IMG/VR virus record: IMGVR_UViG_2934156241_000002 | Span: 1-64,000 of that record | Reading direction: 5' to 3' (one strand) | Length of the DNA stretch: 64,000 bases | From: a virus | Taxonomy: Duplodnaviria; Caudoviricetes | Part shown: one piece after another, positions 28,198 to 37,215 of the stretch | How the letters are laid out: each line of letters opens with the position of its first letter | Position numbering within the stretch: position 1 is the first letter of the stretch | Made by a program: the position numbers and the translations under genes | The notes under the pieces: model-generated | Told to the model about the DNA's origin: nothing | Database searches by the model: none | Seen by the model: the letters and a program-made list of their open reading frames with translations, nothing else

Positions 28198-28836
28198 CTA
28201 GTCCAGGACTTCGGCGTCGACAACGCTTCCGTCCTCAAGTTCCGGTGGGTACTCGACGGCGAACAGGCTCTTGTCCAGGCGCTCGGCGAGCTCGCTCAGG
28301 TCGACGGGCTGCTCTTCAGCGCTGGCCGGTCCGCCGAGTCCGGTGATCTCGACGGCGATTACGGCGTCCTTGCCGTACTGCTCACGGTGTTGGCGTTCGA
28401 GGTACCAGGCATCCGCGCGCCAGTCGGGGGCGGTGCGGTCTTCAACGGTCTCGGTGACGATCTCGCCGGAGACGGAGTCGCGGTACTGGCGTGTGGTGAC
28501 CTTGGTGACGATCCCGCCGTCCGCGACCCTGCGGATGTTCGCCATGGCGCGCGCGGCCGCGGTTGCGCGGGCGGTGCGGACCTTCACGAACAGGGCGGCG
28601 TACTGGTCCGACTCCGGGTCGGCTACCTCACCCGCTTCGCGGGCCTCTATCTCGTCGCGGCCGCGGGCCATCCACGCCAGGAAACTGGACCGGGAGACCC
28701 CCGCCATTTCTGCGGCGAGCTCGACGGCAACGCCCGTGCGGGAGGCCGCGACGAGGCGCGCCTCGATCTCCTCGGAGAGCAGGCGCGGGCGGCCGCCGGG
28801 GGTGTTCTGCCGGCGGGCCTTGCGGCGGGTGGACAT
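28198..28836 (-). CDS. terminase small subunit-like HTH protein
   Basis: GGRPRLL...AAEMAGVSRSSFLAWMARG...PDWRADAWYLER. Confidence 0.65.
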   Translation of the reverse strand: MSTRRKARRQNTPGGRPRLLSEEIEARLVAASRTGVAVELAAEMAGVSRSSFLAWMARGRDEIEAREAGEVADPESDQYAALFVKVRTARATAAARAMANIRRVADGGIVTKVTTRQYRDSVSGEIVTETVEDRTAPDWRADAWYLERQHREQYGKDAVIAVEITGLGGPASAEEQPVDLSELAERLDKSLFAVEYPPELEDGSVVDAEVLD

Positions 28837-28856
28837 GGAGGGACCTCAGTGCGGTT

Positions 28857-29492
28857 TCAGCGGCCGGTGTTGAACAGGTGTCCGCAGGCGGGGCAGGCCG
28901 TGTGCGCGGCGCGGCCGTCGTCGTCGGGGCTGAGGCCGTCTCCGTGGTCGCCGTCGTCGGGCAGGTGGAGGGTGGGCTGTTCGTCCTCTCGGATGCCGCC
29001 GGGCAGTGTCTCGGGATCGACCTGGCTGAACAGCTTGTCCATCTCGTCGGCCGGGATGGCGAGGGAGTCGAACAGCTCTGCGTCCCCGGTGGCAAGGTCC
29101 TCAAGCACCGCGGCGAGCTCGCGGGGGTTCCAGCCGCCTTCGCCGGGGAGCCGGTTCAGCTTGATGGCGAGGGCTTCCGCCTCGTGGTCGGACGTGGAGG
29201 ACCAGCCGCGCAGTACGGGTACGAGCCATCCCGCGTCCTCGTCGAGGACGACACCGCCGGGGATGGTCATGCCGCGGCCCTGCATCTCGATCAGGGCCTC
29301 TCGGCGGCCGTGGCCGTGCAGGACGCATTGGGTGCGCTCGTCGACGACGGGGACTTCGACCAGGCCGTGCATGCGAATCGCGTCGATGAGCAGCTCAAGT
29401 TCGTGGCGCTTGGGGTTTCGGGGTGCCGGGGTGAGGTCGGTGAGCGGCACGTAGGTGATGTAGCGCGGTGGGGCGGCGATCGTGTCGGTCAC
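28857..29492 (-). CDS. ParB/Srx N-terminal domain protein with C-terminal CxxC
   Basis: VPLTDLTPAPRNPKRH...VLHGHGRREAL...CPACGH. Confidence 0.8.
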   Translation of the reverse strand: MTDTIAAPPRYITYVPLTDLTPAPRNPKRHELELLIDAIRMHGLVEVPVVDERTQCVLHGHGRREALIEMQGRGMTIPGGVVLDEDAGWLVPVLRGWSSTSDHEAEALAIKLNRLPGEGGWNPRELAAVLEDLATGDAELFDSLAIPADEMDKLFSQVDPETLPGGIREDEQPTLHLPDDGDHGDGLSPDDDGRAAHTACPACGHLFNTGR

Positions 29493-29924
29493 GGCTGGTG
29501 CGGTCCTCTCCCATGCGTTGGTACCGGCGATGGGCGAGGACTGCGAGCCCGCGGACTTCTACCGCGGCGCCCCGCCTCGCAAGCGGGACATGCCGTCATG
29601 GCCGGCCCTCGCCCGTCGCCGGGCCGGTGCTGCCTTCGTTCCGGATGGGGCAGCTCCGGGGCCTTGCCAGCTTTCGGTGACGTCACCGGAAGTAGCAGAG
29701 CCGCGACGAAAGTTAGGGTGCCGCGGGGCTTACGTCGCCCTCCCACCAACGGCGGTCTCATTGCTGTACTGTTTGTTTCGGCTGGGAGAGCGACCCAGCT
29801 ACCTGGGCCTAGGTGTAACAAAAATCGGCGGTTGTCGTACTTCCATGTGTGACGCCCCCGAGACATCCCCGCCCGGGACAAGTCCCAAACCCGGGCCGGC
29901 GTCCGGGGAAGGAAGGAACACCAC

Positions 29925-30530
29925 ATGGCGAACGACGCTGTTGAGGACACTCAGGCCGAACAGCCGGCCGGAGCGAGCCTGCTGCAAATCGGCCTGGTCG
30001 GCGCCCTGGCGCGGCTGATGACCGATCACCAGAAGACGGTCCTTACGCCGAAGACGGACGGGCCCAAGGCCCCGCTGATCAAGGGCTACGTCGAGGGTGG
30101 CCAGTCCGACCTCGTCCTCCGCGTCGGGGACGACGTGATCGGCCGGTACAAGGTGAACCTGGCGCAGCCGAAGGTCGTGGTGGACCAGGACAACGAAGCG
30201 GCTCTCAACAGGTACGCCGACCAGAACGGCGGCACTGAGGTCGTCGTCCGCCGGAACAAGAAGTGGGAAGAGAGCCTGCTCAAGTACGCCAAGTACGACG
30301 AGGACACGGGCCTGATCATCGACACCCGCAACGGTCAGATCGTGCCCGGCCTCAAGTACGCGAAGGGCGGCGACCCTACGGGCAACCTGACCTTCACGTG
30401 GGAGCAGAAGGACGTCGGGAAGAAGCGGTTGCTGCGGCTCTACGAGTCGGGGGCCCTGGACCACCTCCTCAAGGACGCCCCTGAGCTGATGGCCGGTCCC
30501 CGGCCCTCCGCCGAGGACGCCCAGCACTGA
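29925..30530 (+). CDS. hypothetical early protein (201 aa)
   Basis: GAAGGAACACC leader; upstream box (29755) and hairpin (29781). Confidence 0.8.
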   Translation: MANDAVEDTQAEQPAGASLLQIGLVGALARLMTDHQKTVLTPKTDGPKAPLIKGYVEGGQSDLVLRVGDDVIGRYKVNLAQPKVVVDQDNEAALNRYADQNGGTEVVVRRNKKWEESLLKYAKYDEDTGLIIDTRNGQIVPGLKYAKGGDPTGNLTFTWEQKDVGKKRLLRLYESGALDHLLKDAPELMAGPRPSAEDAQH

Positions 30531-30583
30531 CCGCACCGGGCCCGGCTCCCAACGGCCGGGCCCCGCTTCCTTGAGGAACACCG

Positions 30584-30877
30584 ATGACTACCCCTACCGC
30601 CTTCATGGCTGAGGCACTTGCCAGCAGCATTTCCCACGCCGCGTTCCGTGTCCTGCACGTGCTCGCCCTGCACATGAATTCGGGGTGGGTCGACATCCCG
30701 CCCATCGCCGAAAAGTGCAGGATGACACCCCACCAGATCCGGCTGCCGCTCGCGGAACTGCGCGAGGTCCACCTGATCGAGCACGAGCGGCGCTACGAGA
30801 CCGGCGCCACCGGCCGCAAGACCTGGCACACGTACGTGCGCCTCGTCGACGACAGCACTTCCGAGGCAGCCGTATGA
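30584..30877 (+). CDS. small HTH protein
   Basis: GAGGAACACC RBS; IPPIAEKCRMTPHQIRLPLAELREVHLI. Confidence 0.7.
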   Translation: MTTPTAFMAEALASSISHAAFRVLHVLALHMNSGWVDIPPIAEKCRMTPHQIRLPLAELREVHLIEHERRYETGATGRKTWHTYVRLVDDSTSEAAV

Positions 30878-31878
30878 GCAACACCCGCCCCCGCATCAAG
30901 CGGCGGACACCGTTCGTCATCGTCGAGTCGGCGACCGTCCGAGACGACCGCCTCAAGTACGCCGACCTGGGGCTGCTCACGTACCTCCTGGACCAGAGCG
31001 AGGAGTGGCAGGTCCGTTCCGAACAGCTCTCCAAGGGCGAGGGACGCGAGGGACGCGACGCCGTCCGCAAGATGCTGCACCGACTTGCCTCCTGCGGGTA
31101 CTACCGCCTGGAGCGCCGCCGCTTCCGTGACGGGAAGACGGCCATGGGCACGGCTGTCTCCGACCACCCCGTCGGCCAGTGGGCCGCCGACTACGTGACC
31201 TTCGGGGAAAAGCTCGACATCCCCGTCGTGGAGCAGGAGGACGGGTCCTTCCGCGTGAAGTACCCGGACGGCACGCTCGGCACCGACGGCTTCGAGACAC
31301 CTGACAGGGACGCTGCGCCCCCGGGCGACGACGTACCGGAGGGCCCGGCGGAGGACGAGCCGAACCCGCCGGCCAAGGCGCCGCAGCCTGCTCGGCCCGT
31401 CACCGTGGCGAAGCGCGTTCCTCCCGCGAGGAAGACCACAGCCCCGAAGAAGACCGCGCAAGAGCGGTCGGACGAGTCTGCGCAGAAGGCCGCGGAGAAG
31501 GCGCTCCTGGACGCAGACGCGGAAGAAGTCGCCAGTTGGTGGTGGGCGGAGGCGGAGCAGCGGTTCGGCCCGTACGTCGGCGACAAGAAGGGCTACGTCG
31601 CCATGCGGGGGCAGGTCCGGAACGCCCTGTTGAAGAACTACACCAAGAACCAGTGCGGCAAGGCGCTCATCCGTGCCGAGCGGCACTGGCCCACTGCCCA
31701 GCAGTGGCAGAACGCCCTGGGCATCGTCACCAACCACATTCAGCCCGGTGCCCGGGACGGCCGCGTCCCCTACAGCGACTCCGCCACCTGGGGCGCCACG
31801 GACAATGCCCCGTCGACCGTGGCGGCCGGCACCGACGACGCTGACGACGCCACCTTCGGCGTGGTCGAACGACCGTAA
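30874..31878 (+). CDS. phage-type replication initiator (wHTH)
   Basis: PFVIVESATVRDDRLKYADLGLLTYLL...GRDAVRKMLHRL; followed by a DnaC-like gene. Confidence 0.72.
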   Translation: MSNTRPRIKRRTPFVIVESATVRDDRLKYADLGLLTYLLDQSEEWQVRSEQLSKGEGREGRDAVRKMLHRLASCGYYRLERRRFRDGKTAMGTAVSDHPVGQWAADYVTFGEKLDIPVVEQEDGSFRVKYPDGTLGTDGFETPDRDAAPPGDDVPEGPAEDEPNPPAKAPQPARPVTVAKRVPPARKTTAPKKTAQERSDESAQKAAEKALLDADAEEVASWWWAEAEQRFGPYVGDKKGYVAMRGQVRNALLKNYTKNQCGKALIRAERHWPTAQQWQNALGIVTNHIQPGARDGRVPYSDSATWGATDNAPSTVAAGTDDADDATFGVVERP

Positions 31879-31892
31879 GGAGCGTGATCCCC

Positions 31893-32711
31893 ATGACCAT
31901 CACCGCCGACCCCGCGGCTCACGCCCTCGACGCGGGCATGCACGCTCTCGGCAGCCTCAGCGCGCATGTCCTCGGTGTGTTGGAGAGAGGCGGAGCGAAC
32001 CTGGCCCAGCTCGGAATGCCTGCCCAGCCGGAGCCAGAGGACGGCCTGTGGGACGACGTGAGCGTGCCGCAGACGCGGGCACGCCGGGACCTGTGGAAGC
32101 GGAGCATGACGGACGCGGCGCACGACGAGTACCTGCATTTTCGGTTCGAGCACCTGGACCCGAACCAGAAGCCGAACACGCTGCGGAACTGGCTCGGCTC
32201 TCTCGTGGAGGGGAAGAAGCGCGGCGCCCGGCCGGAAGTCCTGAACATGATCGTCCCCGGCAACATCGGCAGCGGGAAGACGGCCGCACTCGCCGCTCTC
32301 GGCAACGAGGCCTCCGAGCGGGGTCTGGTCGTACGGTTCGTGAAGCACGCCACCTACCTGACGTGGCGCCGGCCGGACTCCGCCCCTCACAACCTCACCG
32401 CGCACGAGGTGCGTGAACGGTTCGTCACCTGCGATCTGCTGATCCTCGATGAGCTCTGCGGCGAGATGGACATCACCGCCACGGAGTTCGCCCGCAAGGA
32501 GACGATCGACCTGATCGACTCCCGGGTCGCGGCCGGCCGACCCACGGCGTTCTCCACGAACCTGCGCAGCCGCAGTAAGCCGGGCAGCCCCGGTCTCGGC
32601 GTCGTGGACATCCTCGGAGAACGGCTGCTGTCCCGGCTCGAGGCCTCCGCGCACCTGCTGAAGGTTCAGGGGCCGGACCGGCGGAAGCCCACGAAGGCAC
32701 TCGACTGGTGA
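31893..32711 (+). CDS. DnaC/IstB-like AAA+ ATPase (helicase loader)
   Basis: Walker A GNIGSGKT, Walker B LLILDE, FSTN, GERLLSRL, GPDRR. Confidence 0.85.
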   Translation: MTITADPAAHALDAGMHALGSLSAHVLGVLERGGANLAQLGMPAQPEPEDGLWDDVSVPQTRARRDLWKRSMTDAAHDEYLHFRFEHLDPNQKPNTLRNWLGSLVEGKKRGARPEVLNMIVPGNIGSGKTAALAALGNEASERGLVVRFVKHATYLTWRRPDSAPHNLTAHEVRERFVTCDLLILDELCGEMDITATEFARKETIDLIDSRVAAGRPTAFSTNLRSRSKPGSPGLGVVDILGERLLSRLEASAHLLKVQGPDRRKPTKALDW

Positions 32712-32855
32712 ACGCCACCGCGGCGTACCGGCCCGGGAACTGACCCGCGGTGAGTACCGTCCGAGCGCCCGAGCGGAGGACGCTATATCGTTTGGTCGAC
32801 CCGGAAGGCCACGAGCATAAGCCGACCGGGAAGACCCGAACGAAGGGATGGTGTC

Positions 32856-34049
32856 TTGCCGAAGCTGTCGTTTTTCCGCGCCCGAAGGGGCAACAATCCG
32901 GAACGGCCGCCGAGTTCTGGTGTACCTCCGCTCACCGGCTGGGAGTTGCTTGCCGCCACTCTCATCGTCCTGGGCGGCATCGCCGTCGGGGGCCTGGGCT
33001 TCTACGCGTCGTTCGACGCCGTGTCGACCAAGGCCGCGCAGTGGGGATTCACCGAGCCCTGGGTGCTCCCCACGGCCATCGACTCGGCCGTCCCCGTATT
33101 CACCGGGGCGTACCTCCTCCTCATCCGCATGGACATGCCGCTCGCGTGGGCGCGCCTCGTTCCCTGGGCGCTGAGCCTGACCACCTGCGCGCTGAACGTC
33201 GCGGCCGGCAACACCCTTTGGTCCAAGGTCGCGCACGGGGCCATGTCACTGCTCTGGGTCGCCGTCTCCGAGATCGCCGCGCACGTCTACGCCGTTCGGA
33301 TCGGAGCGGTCACCGGCCGTCGGCGCCGCCTGGACAAGGTCCGGTGGTCGCGCTGGCTCCTCTCCCCGCTGCCTACCTTCCGGCTCTGGCGCCGGATGAA
33401 GCTGTGGGAGCTGGCCTCGTACGACACCGTGCTCAAGCTGGAGCAGGACCGTCTGGTGTACCAGGCCAAGCTGCAAGGCAAGTTCGGCCGGAACTGGCGC
33501 AAGAAGGCCCCAGTTGAAGCCGTGTTGCCGCTGCGCCTGGCCCGCAACGGCATCCCCTTGGCCGAGACCGCCGCTGAGGGCCTGGCCGCAGCCGGCATCG
33601 ATCCGACCCGCGTCCTGCCCGCCCGGCCCATCCCGGCCGAGCTGGAAGCGCCGAGGTCCGCGTCGGCCCCCCTAGCTGCAGCCGCCCCTCGGAAGCCGAC
33701 GGTCACTGTCCCGGTCCAGCAGAAGACTCCCGCGCCCCCCGCGAAACTGGCCGGTCCGGAGCCCGCCGTGGACGAGCACGTTGGCAAGGATGACCGGGAG
33801 CCGATCTCCGAGAACGACCTGTACGACGTGGTCGTGGCCGCGCTAAAGGCAAATGAAGCCTGGCGCTTCGCGCAAGGAGGAGACCTCACCGGTACAGGGA
33901 TGGGCCGCCTGCTCCATCAGTCGTCCGGGAACGGCCGGAAGGTCCGCAACCGGATCCTGACCCGCTACGCCTCCCACCTCAGCGACCAGGGAGTGGCCGT
34001 GCCGGAGAACTTCACCATCGAGGACCTGATGACCACAGCTAGCGTGTAG
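32856..34049 (+). CDS. DUF2637-like membrane protein
   Basis: Four TM helices with ASFDAV, PTAID, ALNVAAG; RWLLSPLPTFRLWRRMKLWEL. Confidence 0.7.
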   Translation: MPKLSFFRARRGNNPERPPSSGVPPLTGWELLAATLIVLGGIAVGGLGFYASFDAVSTKAAQWGFTEPWVLPTAIDSAVPVFTGAYLLLIRMDMPLAWARLVPWALSLTTCALNVAAGNTLWSKVAHGAMSLLWVAVSEIAAHVYAVRIGAVTGRRRRLDKVRWSRWLLSPLPTFRLWRRMKLWELASYDTVLKLEQDRLVYQAKLQGKFGRNWRKKAPVEAVLPLRLARNGIPLAETAAEGLAAAGIDPTRVLPARPIPAELEAPRSASAPLAAAAPRKPTVTVPVQQKTPAPPAKLAGPEPAVDEHVGKDDREPISENDLYDVVVAALKANEAWRFAQGGDLTGTGMGRLLHQSSGNGRKVRNRILTRYASHLSDQGVAVPENFTIEDLMTTASV

Positions 34050-34125
34050 GGCATCCTGCCCCCACCCGTACCAATGCGGCGGGCCCCCGACCAGGGTGCC
34101 CGCCGCCTGCATGATCGGACCCACC

Positions 34126-34542
34126 ATGACACCGGAGATCCTGGCCCGGATCACCGCCGCCCGTGCCGCCCGTGACCTTTCCGACCTCGCCCGGCAGGCA
34201 GTCGGCACGACAGCCGAGACGATCAGCCCCGCCGAACGCATCCGGAGCGCGCGCCGTCTCCGGAAGATGGCCAACGACCTGGTCGACCTGGTCGTCCTGG
34301 CCGAGGCCCTGGCCGGCGCCGACTGGCCCGAGATCACCGGCGCGCTGAGCCCCCGTCTGGACCCGGACACCGTGAAAGAGGAGTACGCCGAGTCGGTCGC
34401 CGAGTGGGCCGCCACGACCGAGGCCGAGGCGGAGGAAGCGGGCGCGGGGCTGGAGGACCTGGACAGCTGGTATGCCCGGCATCGCGAGGACCACGACCCT
34501 GACCTCGAGAAACCTGTCGCTGATCTGCTGAATCGGCGTTGA
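34126..34542 (+). CDS. hypothetical protein
   Basis: MTPEILARITAA...GADWPEITGAL. Confidence 0.65.
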   Translation: MTPEILARITAARAARDLSDLARQAVGTTAETISPAERIRSARRLRKMANDLVDLVVLAEALAGADWPEITGALSPRLDPDTVKEEYAESVAEWAATTEAEAEEAGAGLEDLDSWYARHREDHDPDLEKPVADLLNRR

Positions 34543-34659
34543 GTTCAGCCTTCGGGCGGGTAGAATAGTACAGCGATGAGACCGGCGAGAGCTTAAGGCT
34601 GCCGCCAGCCCATCCTCCGCGGGAGAGCAACCCGCGGAAGCCCGAACGAAGGAACCCCG

Positions 34660-36399
34660 ATGCCTGGTATCACCGCGCCTCAGCGCGAGCGCCGATCCCG
34701 GAAGCCGACCGGCCTCCCCAACCCCCCGCTGATGCTGCTCGTCGGACCGGAGAAGTCCGGGAAGAGCTACGAGGCCGCCCTCGGCACCAGCTCCGACCTG
34801 ATCGGCACGACGTACTGGATCGAGATCGGCGGGTCCGAGGGCACCGCGGACTACTACGGCCGCATTCGCGGCGCCCGGTACGAAATCGTCGAGCACAACG
34901 GCACCTACCAGGACATCCTCGACGCCGTCCGCTGGGCCATCGCACAGCCGCCCGTCAACGGCAAGCAGAACATGATCGTCGTGGACAACGGCAGCAACCT
35001 GTGGGACATGCTCAGTGACGAGCAAGCCCTCTTCGCCCGCCGCCGGGCAGTGCAGAAGGCGCAGAGGAACCGGCAGCGCAGCCCCGGCCTGGACGACCCG
35101 GTCGTCATCGACTCCGACCTGTGGAACCGTGCCAAGGACCGGTGGGGGGAGTTCCTGTGGCTGCTGCGCCGGCACTCCGGCCCGACCCTCCTGCTCGCCC
35201 GTCAGGAACTTGTCACGGCGTTCGAGAACGACAAGCCCACTCGGGACAAGACCCGCAAGATCAAGGCGGAGAAGAACCTCCCGGCCGCAGTCGACGCCAT
35301 CGTGGAACTCCACACCTTCGGCGAGGCGCACCTGACCGGCGTCCGCACTCTGCACTGGGACGTCAAGCCGGGGGAATCCGTCGGCTTCCCCGATTTCAGC
35401 GTTGACACCCTGCTGCGCCGCCTGGGATACGAGGACGCTGCTACCTCCCGGCAGGTCATCGAGTCTCGCCCGGAGGCGTACCTGCAGGAGCAGGAGCAGC
35501 GACAGGAGCAGCGACAGGGGCAGGGGCAGGGGCAGGGGCAGCAGCGCCAACAGCGGACGTCTGCGGAAACGGCGGTTGCGCCGCCAGCGCTCTCCGGAAA
35601 GCAGGCCGTAGACCTGATCCACAAGGCACACACCAACGAGTCCGACCCGGAAGCGTGCTTGCACGCTCTCCGTGAGGAGTGGGGCTTCCGCACTCTCCAG
35701 CAGATCCCGACCAAGACGAATATGTGGGGCGAACGGAACGCGGATGACCTCATCACCGTGTGCCTCACCCACATCAAAGAGGAGGCTGCGAAACGGAAGC
35801 TGACCACGAAGGGGAACCAGCCGACCGAGCCGACCGCCGCACCGGCACCGCCGGGCAAGGCCGAGCCGGCGCGCGAACACAGCGAGCCCTCAAGCACGGC
35901 TCAGACAACCGTCAGGCCGCAGGCTGAGCAGCCACCGCTGGACGAGCACGAAGCACCTCCGCCGCCGGACCCGCAGGCCGAGGAACCTTCGCCGGCCGAG
36001 ACCCCGGAGGAGACCAGTGCGGCCGAGGAGCCGCAGGACCTCCCGGCCCCGCCCCCGACGAAATCCTCGCAGCCCCGGAAGCGGGCCGCGCCGAAGTCCA
36101 TGCGAGCGGACGATCCGAAGGCGATCGCGCGCCAGGCGTTGCGCGACGAGGCCGAAGTCCAAGCCCGGGTGAAGTTTGTGACGGTGGGTGAACACCTGGG
36201 GCCGATCGAAGAGGCCGGGGACCCTGGCCTGGGAGAGCTCCGGGACTTCGTTCAGCAGCATCGGGCCGAGGTCATCGCCCTCCTCGAAGAAGCCGACGAG
36301 GGGGACCTTGCCGAGGTGTACCGCCGGGCTCCCATGCCGGATCTCGGTATCAAGCAGAAGTTCGCCCAGTACCTCGATGGTGCGCGCGCCGAACGATGA
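34660..36399 (+). CDS. P-loop ATPase, Sak4/AAA_24-like recombination protein
   Basis: LLVGPEKSGKS Walker A; MIVVDN Walker B; QG-repeat and Pro-rich linkers; hairpin leader. Confidence 0.7.
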   Translation: MPGITAPQRERRSRKPTGLPNPPLMLLVGPEKSGKSYEAALGTSSDLIGTTYWIEIGGSEGTADYYGRIRGARYEIVEHNGTYQDILDAVRWAIAQPPVNGKQNMIVVDNGSNLWDMLSDEQALFARRRAVQKAQRNRQRSPGLDDPVVIDSDLWNRAKDRWGEFLWLLRRHSGPTLLLARQELVTAFENDKPTRDKTRKIKAEKNLPAAVDAIVELHTFGEAHLTGVRTLHWDVKPGESVGFPDFSVDTLLRRLGYEDAATSRQVIESRPEAYLQEQEQRQEQRQGQGQGQGQQRQQRTSAETAVAPPALSGKQAVDLIHKAHTNESDPEACLHALREEWGFRTLQQIPTKTNMWGERNADDLITVCLTHIKEEAAKRKLTTKGNQPTEPTAAPAPPGKAEPAREHSEPSSTAQTTVRPQAEQPPLDEHEAPPPPDPQAEEPSPAETPEETSAAEEPQDLPAPPPTKSSQPRKRAAPKSMRADDPKAIARQALRDEAEVQARVKFVTVGEHLGPIEEAGDPGLGELRDFVQQHRAEVIALLEEADEGDLAEVYRRAPMPDLGIKQKFAQYLDGARAER

Positions 36400-37215
36400 G
36401 GTGACGTGACGTGACGCGCGCCCGGGGACCCATGGGCGCGCGTACGAACGTCGCTGTGTCGTCCACCTCGTCACGTCACCTCACCTCGCAGGACACGGCG
36501 CGCGCCTGCGCTCGATATGCGCGCCCGACCGATGCGCGGGCGCGCCAGCGCGCGATCGCCTGGGCGCGCCTCAGGGGCGCGCGGCCGCGCGCTTGGTCGA
36601 ACGCGCGTCCAGGCGTGCCGCGCCCTCATCAGGCGCGCCGCGCGTTGATCAGGCGCGCCCTCGCCCGCGCGGCCGCGCGATCGGCCTGGGGCGCGCCGCG
36701 CGCCAGGCAATGCGCGCCCCGCCGATCGCGCGCGCGGTGTTCCTGGACGAAACGATCGCGCGCCGCGCCCTCACAGCCGCTCGCCACGGCGCGCTCATGT
36801 GGCGCGCCTGCCGATTTGAAGGCGCGCGGCGCATGACCTGCACTTTTGCCGGAGCGCGCCTTGTTCAGTCAGGGCGCGCGCCTGCGGCCGGGCCGCCCGC
36901 TTAGTCCGCCGGGGGCGCGCGCGGCGGAGGCGGCGCGGGTCCTCGAGCTTGCCGGCGGCGGCGCGGTCCAGGCGTTCGGTGTGGCGCGCTCGTCTGCCGC
37001 GCCGCGCGCCCTTCCGGTGACCGCGGCGGCCCGGCGCGCTCTCGGCCGCGCGCTGTAGCGCGCCCGGGTACGACGAAGGGCGCGCCCCCAGGCGCGCCCT
37101 CTCTCACGATCCGATAGGTGATGGCGCGCCTCTACGGCGCGCCCTTCCCAGCGGCCCGGCGAACCGCGCGCGCGTCACGGCGCGCTTCCTTCTTGCCCTC
37201 GCGCAGCTCCGCGCG
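36382..37215. repeat. tract dense in GCGCGC/CGCGCG hexamers, mostly non-coding
   Basis: About 39 separate runs counted by eye in about 830 bp; 15-bp inverted repeat at 36397-36411/36469-36483. Confidence 0.8.

Noticed and set aside
28857-29492. ParB-domain gene as the partner of parA
   Set aside because: It is 12 kb away, lacks an evident HTH and sits beside the TerS-like gene, as is common for phage ParB-like proteins; parA has its own coupled partner.
31893-32711. IS21 element (IstB)
   Set aside because: No IstA transposase or terminal repeats; context is a phage initiator-loader pair.
35482-35550. CAGGGG/CAGGAG short repeats as a contingency locus
   Set aside because: In-frame 6- and 12-nt units encoding a Gln/Gly linker; length change would not shift the frame.
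36411-37107. Arg/Ala-rich ORFs across the GCGC tract
   Set aside because: Composition follows directly from the GCGCGC runs in all frames; no convincing RBS or domain.
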